Assembly (NCBI GenBank): GCA_009914755.4
Contig: CP068257.2
Location: forward strand, 5,920,001-5,984,000
From: the human T2T-CHM13v2.0 reference genome, Homo sapiens
Length of the DNA: 64,000 nt
Direction: 5' to 3'
Shown: one piece after another, positions 43,560 to 61,200 of the stretch
How positions within the stretch are numbered: the first letter of the stretch is position 1
How the letters are laid out: each line of letters starts with the position of its first letter
Translations under genes and position numbers: made by a program
Notes under the pieces: generated by a model
Seen by the model: only the letters and a program-made list of their open reading frames with translations
Databases searched by the model: none
Told to the model about the DNA's origin: nothing

Positions 43560-43900
43560 TTCGCTTCCATTCCATTCCATTCCACTCCATTCCATTCCAA
43601 TCCACTCCATTCCATTCCACTCCACTAAATTCCATTCCGTTCCATTCCACTCCACTCCATTCCTCTTCATTTCACTCCATTCCATTCCATTCCATTCCAT
43701 TCCACTCCATTCCATTTCATTCCACTCCATTCCATTCCAATCCACTCCATTCCATTCCACTCCACTAAATTCCATTCCGTTCCATTCCACTCCACTCCAT
43801 TCCTCTTCATTTCACTCCATTCCATTCCATTCCATTCCATTCCATTCCATTCCATTCCACTCCATTCCATTTCATTCCATTCCATTCCATTCCACTCCAT
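43560..43900. repeat. Local tandem duplication, ~2.4 copies x 140 bp
   Basis: 'ccattccaatccactccattccattccactccactaaattccattccgttccattccactccactccattcctcttcatttcactcc' recurs at 43,585 and 43,725 ('ccactaaattcc' at 43,622 and 43,762). Confidence 0.8.
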
Positions 43901-46439
43901 TCCATTTCATTCCATTCCATTCCATTCCATTCCATTCCACTCCATTCCATTTCATTCCATTCCATTCCACTCCATTCCATTCCACTCCATTCCATTTCAT
44001 TCCATTCCATTCCACTCCATTCCATTCCACTCCATTCCATTTCATTCCATTCCATTCCACTCCATTCCATTTCATTCCATTCCATTCCACTACACACCGT
44101 TTCATTCCATTCCAATCCATTCCATTCAACTCAATTCCATTCCATTCCATTCCACTCCACTCAGTTTCATTCCATTCCACTCCACTCCATTCCATTGCAT
44201 CCCATTCCACTCCACTCAACTCCATACCAATCCACTGCTTTCCATTCCACTCCACACATTTCCATTTCATTCCACTCCATTCCACTCCATTTGATAACAT
44301 TCCATTCCATTCCACTCCATTCCAGTCCATTCCATTCTCTTCCATTCCATTCCTTTCCTTTCCATTCCACTCCACTCCAATCCATTCCTTTCCATGCCAC
44401 TCGACTACTTTCCTTTCCATTTCACTCCATTCCATTCCATTCCATTCCATTCCATTCCATTCCTTTCCATTCTATTCCATTCCATTCAATTCCATTCCAT
44501 TCCATTCCATTCCATTCCATTCCATTCCATTCCATTCCATTCTACTCCATTCCATTCTATTCCATTCCATTCAATTCCATTCCATTCCATTCCATTCAAT
44601 TCCACTACACACCATTCCATTCCATTGCACTCCCTTCCATTCCACTCAATTCCAATCCATTCGGTTCCATTCCATTCCATTCCATTCCTCTCCACTTCAT
44701 TCCATTCCATTCCATTCCATTCCATTCCATTCCATTCTCTTCCACTCCACTCAATTCCACTCTATTCTCCTCCACTCCACTACATTCCACTGCTCTCCAT
44801 TCCATTCCATTCCACTCCGCTGCATTCCACACAATTCCACTACATTCTATTCCATCACATTCCCTTCAATTCCACTGTATTGCATTTGATTAAATTCCAT
44901 TCCGTTCCGTTCCACTCCTCTCCACTCGATTCCATTCCACTACTCCCCATTCCACTCCTTTCCATTCTGCTCCTCACCATTCTGTTCCATTCCATTTCAC
45001 TCCACTTCATACCATTTCATTGCATTCCATCCCACTCCCCTCCTCCCAATTCCATTCCATTCCTTTCCATTCCATTCCAGTACCCTCCTCTCCATTCCAT
45101 TCCCCTCCACTCCACTACACTCCATTCCATTCCATTCCATTCCATTCCATTCCATTCCATTCCATTCCATTCCACTACGCTCCATTCCATTGCATATCAC
45201 TCCATTCAACCCACTTCATTCCATCCTATTCCATTTCATTCCACACACTCCATTCCATTCCACTCTATTCCCTTCCAACCCACTCCATTCCACTCCACTT
45301 AACTCCATTCCAGTCCGCTCCTTTCCTTTTCACTCCATACCATTCCAGTCCACTTCACTCCAATCCATTAAATTCCATTCCATTCTGCTCCATTCCATTA
45401 CAATCCATTCCACTCCATTCCATTCCATTTCACTCATGTCATTTACATTCCATTCCGTTCCACTCCAATCCTTTCCATTCCATTCTATTCCACTCCAATC
45501 CATTCTATTCCATTCCACTCCATTCCATTGCATTCCATTCTATTCCATTCCGTTCCATTCCATTGAATTCCATTCCATTTCACTCCACTCAATTCTATTC
45601 CATTCCCCTCCATTCCATTGCGTTCCATTCCATTCTTTTCCATTCCACTCCACTCCGTTGCATTCCACTCCATTCCATTCCATTCCATTCCGTTCCTTTG
45701 AATTCCATTCCATTCCACTAAACTAAATTCCATTCCATTCAGCTCGACCCCAGTTCACTCCACTCAACTCCATTCTATTCCATTTCAATCTATTTCACTC
45801 TAGTCAATTCCATTCCATTCCATTCCACTCCACTAGATTCCATTCCACTCCATTCCATTACACTCCACTCCATTCCATTCCATTCCCCTCCATTCCATTC
45901 CATTCCATTCCATTCCATTCCATTCCATTCAATTACAATCAATTGAATTCCTTTCCATTCCATCCCACTCCTTTCCATTCCACTATGCTCCATTCCACTA
46001 CTTACCATTGCATTCCATTCCATTCCCTTCCATTCCATTCCATTTCATTCCATTCCATTCCACTCCATCACATGGAATTCCATTCCATTCCACTCTATCA
46101 CATGGGATTCCATTCCATTCCACTTCACGCCCTTCCATTATATTTCACTCCATTCCATTCCATTCCATTCCGTTCCATTCCGTTCTATTCCATTCCATTC
46201 CTTTCCATTCCATTCCATTCCGTTCCACTCTAATCCATTCCATTCCTCTCCACTCCGTTCCATTCGATTCCATTCAATTCCATTCCATTCCAATAAATTG
46301 AATTCCATTCCATTCCACTCCTGTCCATTCCATTTCATTCCACCCGATCCCACCCCATTCCACTCCACTCCATTCCATTCAATTCCATTCTCTTCCACTA
46401 CACTCAATACCATTTCTCTCCACCCCACTCCATTCCATT

Positions 46440-49322
<2,883 letters not shown>

Positions 49323-49334
49323 CCATTCCTTTTC
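49323..49334. repeat. Alu target-site duplication, right copy (ccattccttttc)
   Basis: It immediately follows the Alu 5' end (ggcc on the + strand) and is identical to 49,009-49,020. Confidence 0.8.
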
Positions 49335-51962
49335 ATTTCATTCTTTCTACTCCATTACATTCAATTCCACTCCATTCCATTACAATCCACTCAACACCAC
49401 TACATTCCACTCCATTGCCTTGCACTCCACTCCAGTCCATTCCCTTCCACTTCACTCCAATCCACTCCATTCCACTCCATTCCATTCCATAATATTCCAT
49501 TCAATTCCACTGTATTAAATTCAATTCCATACCTTTCCATTCCCTTCCATTCCATTCCATTCCACTCCATTCCATACACCTCCATTCCCCTCCAATCAAT
49601 TCCATTCCATTCCATTCCACTCCTGTCCAATCCATTACATTCCAATCCACTACATTCCAATCCATTCCACTCCACTCCTTTCCATTAAACTTCTCTCCAT
49701 TCCATTCCAGTCAACTCCACTCCATTCCACTCCAATACATTCCATTCCATTCCTTTCCATGCCCTCGCATTCCATTCCACTTCACTACAATCCACTCTAT
49801 TCCATGCCGTTCTTTCCACTCCGTTCCATTCTATTCCATTCCATTCCAGTTACTCCACTCCATTCCACTTCATTCCACTTCATTCCACTCCACTTCATTC
49901 CACTCGACTCGATTCCATTCCACTCAATTTCATTCTGATCTCTAACATTCCACAACACTCCATTTCAGTCCATTCCATTCGACTAAACTCCATTCCACTT
50001 CATTCCACTACATTCCATTCCAGTCCAATCCATTCAATTCCATTCTTTTCTATTCCTTTCCGTTCCATCCCGTCCCATTCCATTCCGTTCCATTCTATTC
50101 CATTCCATTCCACCACACTCTATTCCATTCCATTACACTAAATTTCATTCCATTACACTAAATTTCATTCCATTCCATTCCATTCATCTCCATTCCATTC
50201 TTTTGCACTCCATTCCATTCCATTCTTTTGTACTCCATTCCATTCCATTCCATTCCACTCAATTCCATTCCATTCCATTCAATTCCGTTGCATTCCATTC
50301 CCTTTCATTGCATTCCGCTGAATTCCATTCCCTACCACTCCACAACATTCCATTTCATTCCACTCCACTCCATTCCACGCCATTCTACTCCATTCCATTA
50401 AATTCCATTTTTTTCAATTCCACTGTATTCCATTCCTTTCCTTTCCTCGCCACTCTACTCCATTCCATTCCACTCCATTCCATTTCACTCTATTCCATTT
50501 CTCTCCATTCGGTGCCATTCCATTCCACTCCATTCCATTCCATTCCATTCCATTCCATTCCACTCCATTCCACTCCATTCTATTCCACCGCATTCCACTC
50601 CATTCTACCCCAATCCACTCCCCTCCTTTACTTTCTATTCCACTACATTCCGTTCCATTCTATTCCATTCCACTCCACTCCATTCCGTACAATTCCACTC
50701 CGATCCATTCCATTCCATTCCATTCCACTCCATTGCATTCCATTCCAATCCACAGAATTCCACTCATTTGCATTCCTTTCCACTGAATTCCATTCCATTC
50801 CACTCCACACCATTCCATTCTATTTCACTCCTGACCATTCCCCACCATTCCATTCCTTCCCATCCCCTTCCATTCCATACCATTCCATTCCAATCCATTC
50901 CTCTCCAGTCCAGTCCATTCCATTCCACTCCATTCCATTCCACTACATTCTGTGCCATTCCATTCTACACCATTCCGTTCCACTCCATTCCATTCCATTA
51001 TATTCTGGTCCAGTACATTCCACTCCACTCCACTCCACTCCACTCCATTGCATTCCATTCCATTCCATTAAATTCCTTCCATTCCATTACATTGAATTCC
51101 ATTCCACTTAACCACCCTCCATTCCATCCCCTCCATTGTATTCCACTCCATTCCATTCCTTTCCACTCCTCTCAATTCCATTCCACTCTACTGCACTCCA
51201 TTCCATTCCATTCCACTTCATTCCATTCTATTCTCTTCCATGCTGTTGTATTCCATTCCACCTCACTCCACTCCACTCCACTTCATTCCCCTCCTTTCCA
51301 TGTCATTCCATTCCAATCCAATCCATTCTATTCCATTCCATTCCCCTCCACTCCACTCCATTGCATTCCGTTCCACTCCATTCAATTTCACTCCATTCCA
51401 TTCCACTCCATTCCATTCCATTCCAATCAACTCCATTCCATTCCACTATATTCCATTCTGTTCCATTCTGGTCCATTCCCTTCCACTTCACTCCAATCCA
51501 CTCCATTCAATTGCATTCCATTGCATTCCATTAAATTCCATTCCATTCCATTACATTCAACTCCATTACAATCGGCCGCCCTCCACTCCACTCCACTCCC
51601 TTCCATTCCATTCCACTCCACTCCATTCCACTCCACTCCATTCCACTCCATCGTACTCAATTCCATTCCACTCCACTGACCTTTTTTACATTACGTTCCA
51701 CTGCATTCCATTCCACTCCATTTCTTTCCATTGCACTCCACTCCATTCATTTCCATTCCATTCCACTCCATTCCATTCTTTTCCATTCCATTCCATTCCA
51801 TTCCTTTGAATTCCATTGCATTCCTGTCCACTCTATTGCATTCCATTCCACTCCACTCCTTTTCATTCCGTTCCATTCCACTCCTTTCCATTCTATTCTA
51901 TTCCATTCCACTCCACTCTACTCCATTCCATTCCATTCCATTCCATTCCATTCCATTCCATT
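49323..51962. repeat. Higher-order repeat unit copy 2 (~2.64 kb)
   Basis: The start (49,323...) aligns to 51,963... at an offset of 2,640 bp. The interior aligns to copy 1 as listed above. Confidence 0.7.
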
Positions 51963-51976
51963 CCATTCCTTTTCAT
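51963..51976. other. Paralogous empty (pre-insertion) site of the AluY in the next higher-order-repeat copy
   Basis: Sequence at 51,931-52,060 reads 'ccattccattccttttcatttcattgtttccactcaatgacattcaattccactccattccattacaatccactcaacacc...'. It aligns to the left flank, a single copy of the 12-mer TSD sequence and the right flank of the Alu at 49,0xx/49,3xx. It carries no Alu. Confidence 0.75.
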
Positions 51977-52700
51977 TTCATTGTTTCCACTCAATGACAT
52001 TCAATTCCACTCCATTCCATTACAATCCACTCAACACCGCTACATTCCACTCCATTGCATTACACTCCACTCCATTCCATTCCATTTCACTCCACTCCCA
52101 TCCACTCCATTCCACTCCATTACATTCCGTAGCATTCCATTCAATTCCACTGTATTAAATTCAATTCCTTACCTTTCCACTCCCTTCCATTCCATTCCAT
52201 TCCACTCCATTGCATACTCCTCCATTCCCCTCCAATCCATTCCATTCCATTCCATTTCACTCCTATCCAATCCGTTACATTCCAATCCACTCCATTCCAT
52301 TCCATTCCATTCCACTCCACTCCTTTCCATTCCACTTCTCTCCATTCCATTCTCCTCCATTCCATTCCAGTCCACTCCACTCCATTCCACTCCAATACAT
52401 TCCATTCCATTCCGTTCCATGCCCTTGCATTCCATTCCACTTCACTACACTACACTCCGTTCCATTCCACTCTATTCTATGCCATTCCTTTCCCCTCCGT
52501 TCCATTCTATTCCATTCCATTACACTCCACTCCACTCCATTCCATTCAAATCCGCTCCTGTCCACTCCATTCCTTTCCACTCCATTGAATGCCATTCCAT
52601 TCCACTCCATTCCATTTAATTCCGTTCCATTCCATTCCACTCTAATCCATTCCACTCCACTCTATTGTATTCCATTCCATTCCATTAAATTCCTTTCCAT
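51963..52700. repeat. Higher-order repeat unit copy 3 (partial; diverges after ~52.5-52.7 kb)
   Basis: 51,963-52,440 is collinear with 49,323-49,770. The shared - strand ORF peptide '[31 protein letters not shown]' appears at 49,400-49,675 and 52,169-52,435. Confidence 0.65.
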
Positions 52701-52964
52701 TCCATTACATTCAATTCCGTTCCACTCGACAGCCCTTCACTCCACTCCATTCCATTCCATTCCATTCCATTCCATTCCATTCCATTCCACCACACCCCTT
52801 TCCAGTCAATTCCACCCTACTCAATTCCTCTCGTCTGAACTCCATTCCATTCCACTCCATTCCATTCCACTCCAATCCATTCCATTCCAGTCAATTCCAT
52901 TCCATTCCACTCCACTCCATTCCATTCCATTCCATTCCATTCCATTCCATTCCACTCCTTTCCA

Positions 52965-53255
52965 TTCCATTCCATTCCGTTCCATTCCATTCCACTCCAC
53001 TGCATTCCAGTCTGTTCCACTCCATGCCATTCCACTCCAATTCACTCCATTCCATACCATTGCATTCCTTTCCATTCCATACCATTCCATTCCATTCCAC
53101 TCCTTTCCCTTCCATTCCATTCCGTTCCATTCCATTCCACTCCACTGCATTCCAGTCTGTTCCACTCCATTCCATTCCACTCCAATTCACTCCATTCCAT
53201 ACCATTGCATTCCTTTCCATTCCATTCCATTCCATTCCTTTCCGCTCCACTCCAT
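52965..53255. repeat. Local tandem duplication, 2 x ~145 bp
   Basis: 'gttccattccattccactccactgcattccagtctgttccactcca(t/g)(t/c)ccattccactccaattcactccattccataccattgcattcctttccattcc' occurs at ~52,979 and ~53,123. Confidence 0.8.
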
Positions 53256-56200
53256 TCCAGTCCATTCGACACCATTCCATTCCATTCCATTCCATTGAAT
53301 TCCATTCTATTCCACTCCTCTCCCTTCCATTCCATTCCACTTCTCTCCATTCTCTCCATTCCATTCCATTCCATTACATTACATTCAAATACAATCCAAT
53401 TGAACCTTCTCCACTCCACTCCACTCCATTCCACTCCATTCCATTCCATTCAAATCCACTCAACACTCCATTCAAATCCATTCCATTCCACTCCCTTAAA
53501 TTCCACTGCACTCAATTCCTCTTTATTCCACTTCAATCTATTAAATCCCAATCCTTTCCACCCCAGTCCATTCCATTCCATTCTGTTCCACTCCATTCCA
53601 CTCCAGTCCACTCCATTCCACTGCATTCCATTCGACTCCATTCCATTCCATTCCTTTCCATTCCATTCCATTCCATTCCACTCCATCCCATTCCACTCCA
53701 TTCAATTCCACTCCATTCCATTGTGGTCCATTCTATTCCACTCCACTTCCCTACACTCCACTGCATTCCATTAAATTGCATTCCTTTGCATTCCATTCCA
53801 TTCAATTTCATTCCATTTGACCACACTCCAATCCACTCCACTACACTGCACTCTATTCCATTCCATTCCATTCCATTCCATTCCACTGCAATCCATTCCT
53901 TTCCAATACTGTCAATTACATTCTATTCCATTCCATTCCATTCCATTCCATTGCATTCCACTCCAATCCACGCTATTGCATTCCATTACATTACTTTCCA
54001 TTCAATTACACCCCACTTCGTTCTGTTCATTGCACTCCACTCAATTCCATTCTACTCCACTCCATTCCATTCCATTCCATTCCACTCCACTCCACACCGA
54101 TCCATTCCATTCCACTCTACTCCATTCTCTCCATTCTATTCCACTCCACTCCACTCTGTGTCATTCTACACGATTTCGTTCCACTTCATTTCAATCCATT
54201 CCTTACCATTCCATTACACTCCATTCCATTCCATTCCATTCCATTCCAATCCACTCCACTCAGTTCCATTCCATTGCTCTCCACTCCATTCCATTCAGTT
54301 ACATTCCATTCTTTCCACTGTCCTTCCACTCGACCCCACTCCACTACACTACACTCCATTCCGTCACAATCCACTCCACTACATTCCACTCCATTCCTTT
54401 CCACTCCACTCCCCTTGTCTCCATTCCATTCCATTCCATTCCATTGCATTCCATTCTGTTCCATTCCATTCCACTCCACTTCCCTCCATTCTATACCATT
54501 GCATTCCATTCCATTCCATTCCATTCCATTCCATTCCATTCCATTCCACTCCATGCGATTCCATTGCATTCCATTCCACTCCACTTCATTCCAGTGCATT
54601 CCGCTCCGTTCCATTCCATTCCATTCCATAGAATTCCATTCTATTCCACTCCACTCCATTCCATTCCATTCCATTCCACTCCACTCCACTCCATTCCACT
54701 CCATTCCATTCCATTCCATTCCAGTCCTCTTTATCCCTCTCCACTCCACTCCCCTCCATTACACTCCATTTCATTCCTTTCCAATCCACTCCACACAATT
54801 CCATTCAACTCCCTTAAATTCCACTACTCGATTCCACTCTATTAACCGCCAATCCATTAAATTATATTCCTTTCCACTCCAATCGATTCCATTCCATTCC
54901 AATCCACTCCACACAACTCCATTCAACTTCCTTAAACTCCACTACTTGATTCCACTCTATTTCCCTCCAATCCATTAAATTACATTCCTTTCCACACTGA
55001 TCCATTCCATTCTATTCCATTCCACTTCACTCTATTCCACTCCATTCCATTCCACTCCACTCCACTCCATTCCACTGCATTCCATTCTACTCCATTCCAT
55101 TCCATTCCTTACTACTCCATGCCATTACACTCCATTCCATTCCATTACTGTCCATTCTATTACACTCCACTCCCTTCCACTCCACTGCATTCTATTCCGT
55201 TGCATTCCATTCAATTCCTTTTCATTCCTTTCAATTTCATTTTAGTCGACCGCACTCCACTCCACTCCACTGCCTTCCATTCCATTCTTGTCCATTCCAC
55301 TCTTTTCTTTTCCACTCCTTTCCATTACATCCCATTTCACTCCGTTCCAATCCACTCCACTCCACTGCATTCCACTTCATTCGATTCCACTCTTCTTCCC
55401 TCCTCTCCATTCCATTCCATTCCATTCCATTCCATTCCATTCCATTCCACTCCATTCCGTTCTATTCCAATTCACTCCATTCCACTCTATTTCGCCCAAC
55501 TGGATTCCATTCCATTACATTACGTTTCCTTCCATTCCATTCCACCACACTCCTATCCACTCCATTCCCCTCCACTGAACTACTCTCGATTGCAGTCCAT
55601 TCCATTCCATTCCCTTCCATTCTATTTCAGTCCACTGCATTCCATTCCCTTCCACTACATTCCATTCCATTCCACTCCTTTCCATTCCACTGCATTCCAA
55701 GATATTGCATTCTGTTCCATTCCATTCCATTCAATTACACCTCACTTCATTCTGTGCATTCCACTCCACTCCATTCCACTCCATTCCATTCCTCTCCACT
55801 CCAATCCATTCCATTCCAGTCCACTCCACTCCATCCCATTCCAGTCTGTTCCATTCCACTCTACTCCACACCATTCCATTCCATTCAACTACACCCCGTG
55901 CCACTCCATTCCTTTCAAATCCTCTCCATTCCATGCCATTCCACACCATTCCATTCCACTCCATTCCAATCCATTCCTTACCATTCCATTCCACTCCATT
56001 CCATTCCATTCCAATCCACGCCACTGAATTACATTTCATTCCACTCCACTCCATTCCATTCCATTCTATTTCATTCCATTCCATTCCATTTCATTCCATT
56101 CCATTCCATCCCATTCCATTCTTCTCCAATCAGTTCAATTCCACTACAACCCACTCCATTCCTTTCCATTCCATTCCATTTCATTTTATTCCATTCCATT

Positions 56201-58299
56201 CCTTTCCATTCCTTTCCACTCCATTCCTTGCCATTCAACTCCGTTCCATTCCAATCCACTCCACTCTACTACATTCCACTCCATTCCTTTCAGCTCCACT
56301 CCCATCGTCTGCATTTCATTCCATTCCATTGCATTCCATTCTATTCCTTTCCATTCCATTCCATTCCACTCCACTCCACTCCATTCCACTCCAGTCCGCT
56401 CCATTCCACTCCACTCCTTTCCATTCCATTCCATTCCACTCCACTCGACTCTACTAGACCCCAATCCATTCCATTCCCAAACATTCCATTTCATTCCACT
56501 GTGTTCCAATTGATTCCATTCCATTTGATTCTATTCCATTCCATTCCATTCCATTCGACTCCATTCCATTCCATTCCATTCCACTCTTCTCCACTCCACT
56601 CCATTCCCCTCCATTCCATTCCAAAACATTCCATTTCATTGCATTGCATTCCATTTGATTCAATTCCATTTGATTCTATTCCATTCCATTCCCCTCGATT
56701 CCATTGATTCCACTCCATTCCATTTCATTCCACTCTATTCCATTCCATTCCATTCCACTCCATTCCATTCCACTCCACTGCATTCCATACCACTGCATTC
56801 CACTCCACTCCATTCCATTACTTTCCATTCCATTCCATTCCTCTCCAATCCGTTCCATTCCATTCCACTCCACTCAATTTCACTACATTAAATTCCAGTC
56901 CAATCAACTACATTCCATTCCAGTCCATTCCATTCCAATACACTCCCCTCGTTTTCCTTCCATTCCATTCCATTCCATTCCAATCCACTCCATTCCATTC
57001 CATTCCACTCCACTCCATTCCATTCCATAAACTACATTCCATTCCACTCCATTCCATTCCATTCCATTCCACTCCACTCCATTCCATTCCATTAAACTAC
57101 ACTCCATGCCACTCCATTCTATTCTACTCCACCCTACTCCACTCCATTCCATACCACTCCATTCCATCCCACTCAATTCCATTCCACTCCACTACATTCA
57201 GTTCCATTCAATTCCATTCCACTCCACTCCATTCCATTCCATTCCACTCCACTCCTTTCCGTTGCATTCCATTCCCTTCCATGCCTTTCCATTCCATTCC
57301 ACTCCAATCAATTCCATTCCACTCCACTACCTTCCATTCCTATCCACTCCATTCCATTGAATTGTATTCCCTTCCATTCCTTTCCATTTGATTCCACTTC
57401 CTTCCACTCCACTCCATTCCATTCTTCTCTACTGGACCCCAACCCACTCGATTCCATTCCATTCCGTTACATTCTATTCCACTCCACTCTATTCCATCCA
57501 ACTCCACCTCACTCCATTCCGTTCCATTACATTACATTCCATTCTTTCCATACCATTCCACTCCATTCCTTTCCACTCCTTTCCATAACTTTCCACTACT
57601 TTCCATTCCAATCCCCACCACTCAACTACATTCTATTCCATTCCATTCCACTCTAATACCCTCAACTCCGTTAAATTCCATTCCATTCCACTCCATTCCT
57701 TTCCATTCCCATCCACTCGACCCCACTCCAGTGCACTCCATTCCATTCCATTCCATTCCACTCCTCTCAACTCCATTTCACTCCATTCCATTCCAATCCA
57801 CTCACCTCCTTTCCAATCTATTCCATTCCACTCCTCTCAACTCCATTCCACTCCATTCCTTTCCAACCTATTCCATTCCACTCCACTCCATTCCACTCCA
57901 TTCCACTCCAATCAATTCCAGTAGATTACATTACACTAGAATGCATTCCATTCCATTCCACTCTACTACATTCAACTCCATTGCATTCCACTAAATTCCT
58001 ATGCAGTCCACTCCATTCCTTTCCACTCCACTCCACTCCATTCCACTCCTTTCCATTCCACACCATTACATGTTATTCCACTCCACTCATTCCTTTCCAC
58101 TCCATTACATTCAATTCCTTTCCAGTCCATTCCATTCTACTCCACTCCAGTCCACTCTTCTCCATAGCATTCTATTCTATTCCATTCCATTCCATTCCTA
58201 TCCTTTCCTTTCCATTCCACTCCATTCCATTCCATTTCATTCCATTCCTTTCAATTCCATCCCTCTCTACCCGTCTCCACTCCATTCCACTCTACTCCA

Positions 58300-61200
58300 T
58301 TCCCATACCATTGAATTCCATTCCTTTTCATTGCATTCCTTTCCATTCGATTCCATTTTGTTCCATTCAAGTCCATTCAATTCTATGCCATTCCATTCCA
58401 TTCGAGTCCATTCCATTCCAGTCCATTCCATTCCATTCAATTCCATTCCATTTCATTCCACTCCATTCCATTCGAATCCATTGCATTCCAATCCATTCCC
58501 TTCCATTTCTTTCCAATCTATTCCATTCCATTCCATTTGATTCCATTCCATTCCTTTCCTTTCGATTCCATTCCATTGATTCCATTCCATTCCATTCCAC
58601 TCCATTCGTTTGCATTCCATTCGAATCGATTCCGTGTAATTCCTTTCCATTCCATTCCATTCCAATCGATATCATTCCATTCCAGTCTTTTCCGTTCTAG
58701 TCAATTGCATTCCAGTCCATTCTATTTGATTCCTTTCCATTCAATTCCATTCCATTCGATTGCATTCCATTGGAGTCCATTCCAATGGAGTCCATTATAT
58801 TCGAATCCATTCCATTCCATTCCATTCCTCTCCAGTACATTCCAGTCCATTATATTTAAGTCCAATCCATTTTAGTCCATTCCATTCGAGTCCATTCCAT
58901 TCGAGTTTATTCCATTCTTGTCCATTTATTTAGTCCATTCGTTTTCATTGTATTCCTTTCCTTTCCATTCTACTATTTTGTATTCCATTCAATTCCATTC
59001 CCTTTGATTCCATTCCATGCCATTCCATTCCATTCAAATCCATTTCATATCATTCCATTTCTTTCCATTCCATGTAATTCCATTCCATGTCATTCCTTTC
59101 TATTCCATTCCATTCCATTGCATTCAATTCAATTCCGTTCCATTCCAGACCGTTCCATTCCAATACGCTCAATTAGAGTCCAATCCATTCGATTCCATTC
59201 CTTTTGATTCCATTCCATTCGATTCCATTCAATTCGTGTCCTTTTCATTCCTGTCCATTACTTTCTGGTCCATTCCAATCCAATCCAGTCCAATCCATTC
59301 CACTCGATTCCTTTCGATTTGCGTTGCATTTCATTCCATTTCACTCTCTTAAATTCTATTTCATTCAAGACTGTTTCATTTCAATTTATTCTTTTCGATA
59401 ATATTGCATTGATTCCATTCCATTTGATTCCATTTCATTCGAGTCTATTCCATTCCATTCCATTCCATTCCATTCAATTCCAATTCATTCGAGTACATTC
59501 CATTCCATTCCATTCCATGCCATGCCATTCCTTTCCATTCTAGTTCATTCCATTCCATTCAATTCCGTTCCATTTCATTCCTTTCCATTCATCTGGAATC
59601 CATTGCATTCCATTCCATTTGTTTCCATTCCACTCCATTGTATTCCATTGTATTGCATTCCATTCCATTAAATTCAAGACTTTTCCATTCCAGTTCATTC
59701 CATTCGTGGCCATTCAATTTGATTCCATTCCATTAGATTCCATTCCGTATGATTCCATTCCTTTCGATTACATTCAATTGGAGTCCAATCCATTTAAGTC
59801 AGTTACTTTCAAGTCGATTCTATTCATTCGAGAACATTCGATTCCATTCCATTTGTTTATATTCGAATCCATTCAATTCAATTCAATTCAATTTGATTCC
59901 ATTCCATTCCAGACCATTCCATTCTTGTCCATTCCTTTTGAGTCCATTCAATTCCCCTTTATTCGATTCAATCCCATGCGATTCCAGTCCTTTCAATTGC
60001 ATTCAATTAGAGTCCATTCCATTGGAGACCATTATATTTGAGTCCATAGCATTGGAGACCATTCGAGTCCATTCCATTAGAATCCATTCGATTCCATTCC
60101 ATTTAATATGAATCCATTCCATTCGAATCCATGCCATTCGAGTCCATTTCATTGGAATCCATTCCATTCCAGTGCGTTTCATTCCAGTGAATTCCATTCA
60201 ATTCCAGTCTATTCCATTTAATTCCTTTCCATTCGATTCCATTCCGTTCGATTTCATTTCATTTTATTGCATTCCATTCGAGATCGTTCCATTCTAGCCC
60301 ATTCCTTTCGAGTCCATTCCATTCCATTCGATTCCATTCCTTTCATTTGCATTCCTTTTGAGTGCATTCCATTCGAGTCCATTCCATGTGAGTCCATTCC
60401 ATTGCAGTCCATTCCCTTCCTGTCCTTGCCATTCCATTCCACTCCATTCAGTTACATTGCATTCGATTCCATTCCATTCGATTGCATTCCATTCGAATCC
60501 GTTCCGTGGAGACCATTCCTTTCGTTTCAACTGCATTGCAAACAATTTGAATCCATTCCATTCGAATCCATTCCATTCGATTCCATTCCTCTTGAATCCA
60601 TTCTATGCCATCCCATTCCATTCCATTAGATTTTACTCCATTCCTTTTCATTCCATTCCATTCCATTTCATTCCATTTCAATCCATTCCAGTCTTTCCAT
60701 TCCATTCCATTCTATTCCATTCCATTCAAGACAGATCCATTCGGATTCATTCAAGTCGATTTCACTCCATTCGATTCCATTGCATTAAATTCCATTCCTT
60801 TAGCTTCCATTCCGTTCGATTCCATACCATTCCATTCTATTCCTTTTCATTCCATATGATTCCACTCAATTTCAGTACATTCTATTCGAATCATTTGTAT
60901 TCCATTCCAATCAATTCAATTACATTTCATTCCATTCTATTCCATTCCATTCCGTTTCATTCCATTGCCTTCCATTCCACTCGAATCCATTCCATTTCCT
61001 TCCATTGCATTCCATTCAATTCCAATCCATTCTATTACCTTCCATTCCATGCCATTCCATTCCGTTCGAATCCTTTCCATTCCATTCCATTCCACTCCAT
61101 TCAATTCCATTCCATTTCATTCCAATCCTTTCCATACGAATCCATTGCTTTCCATTCCATTCCATTTCATTTGTTTCCATTCCAATCCATTCGATTACAT

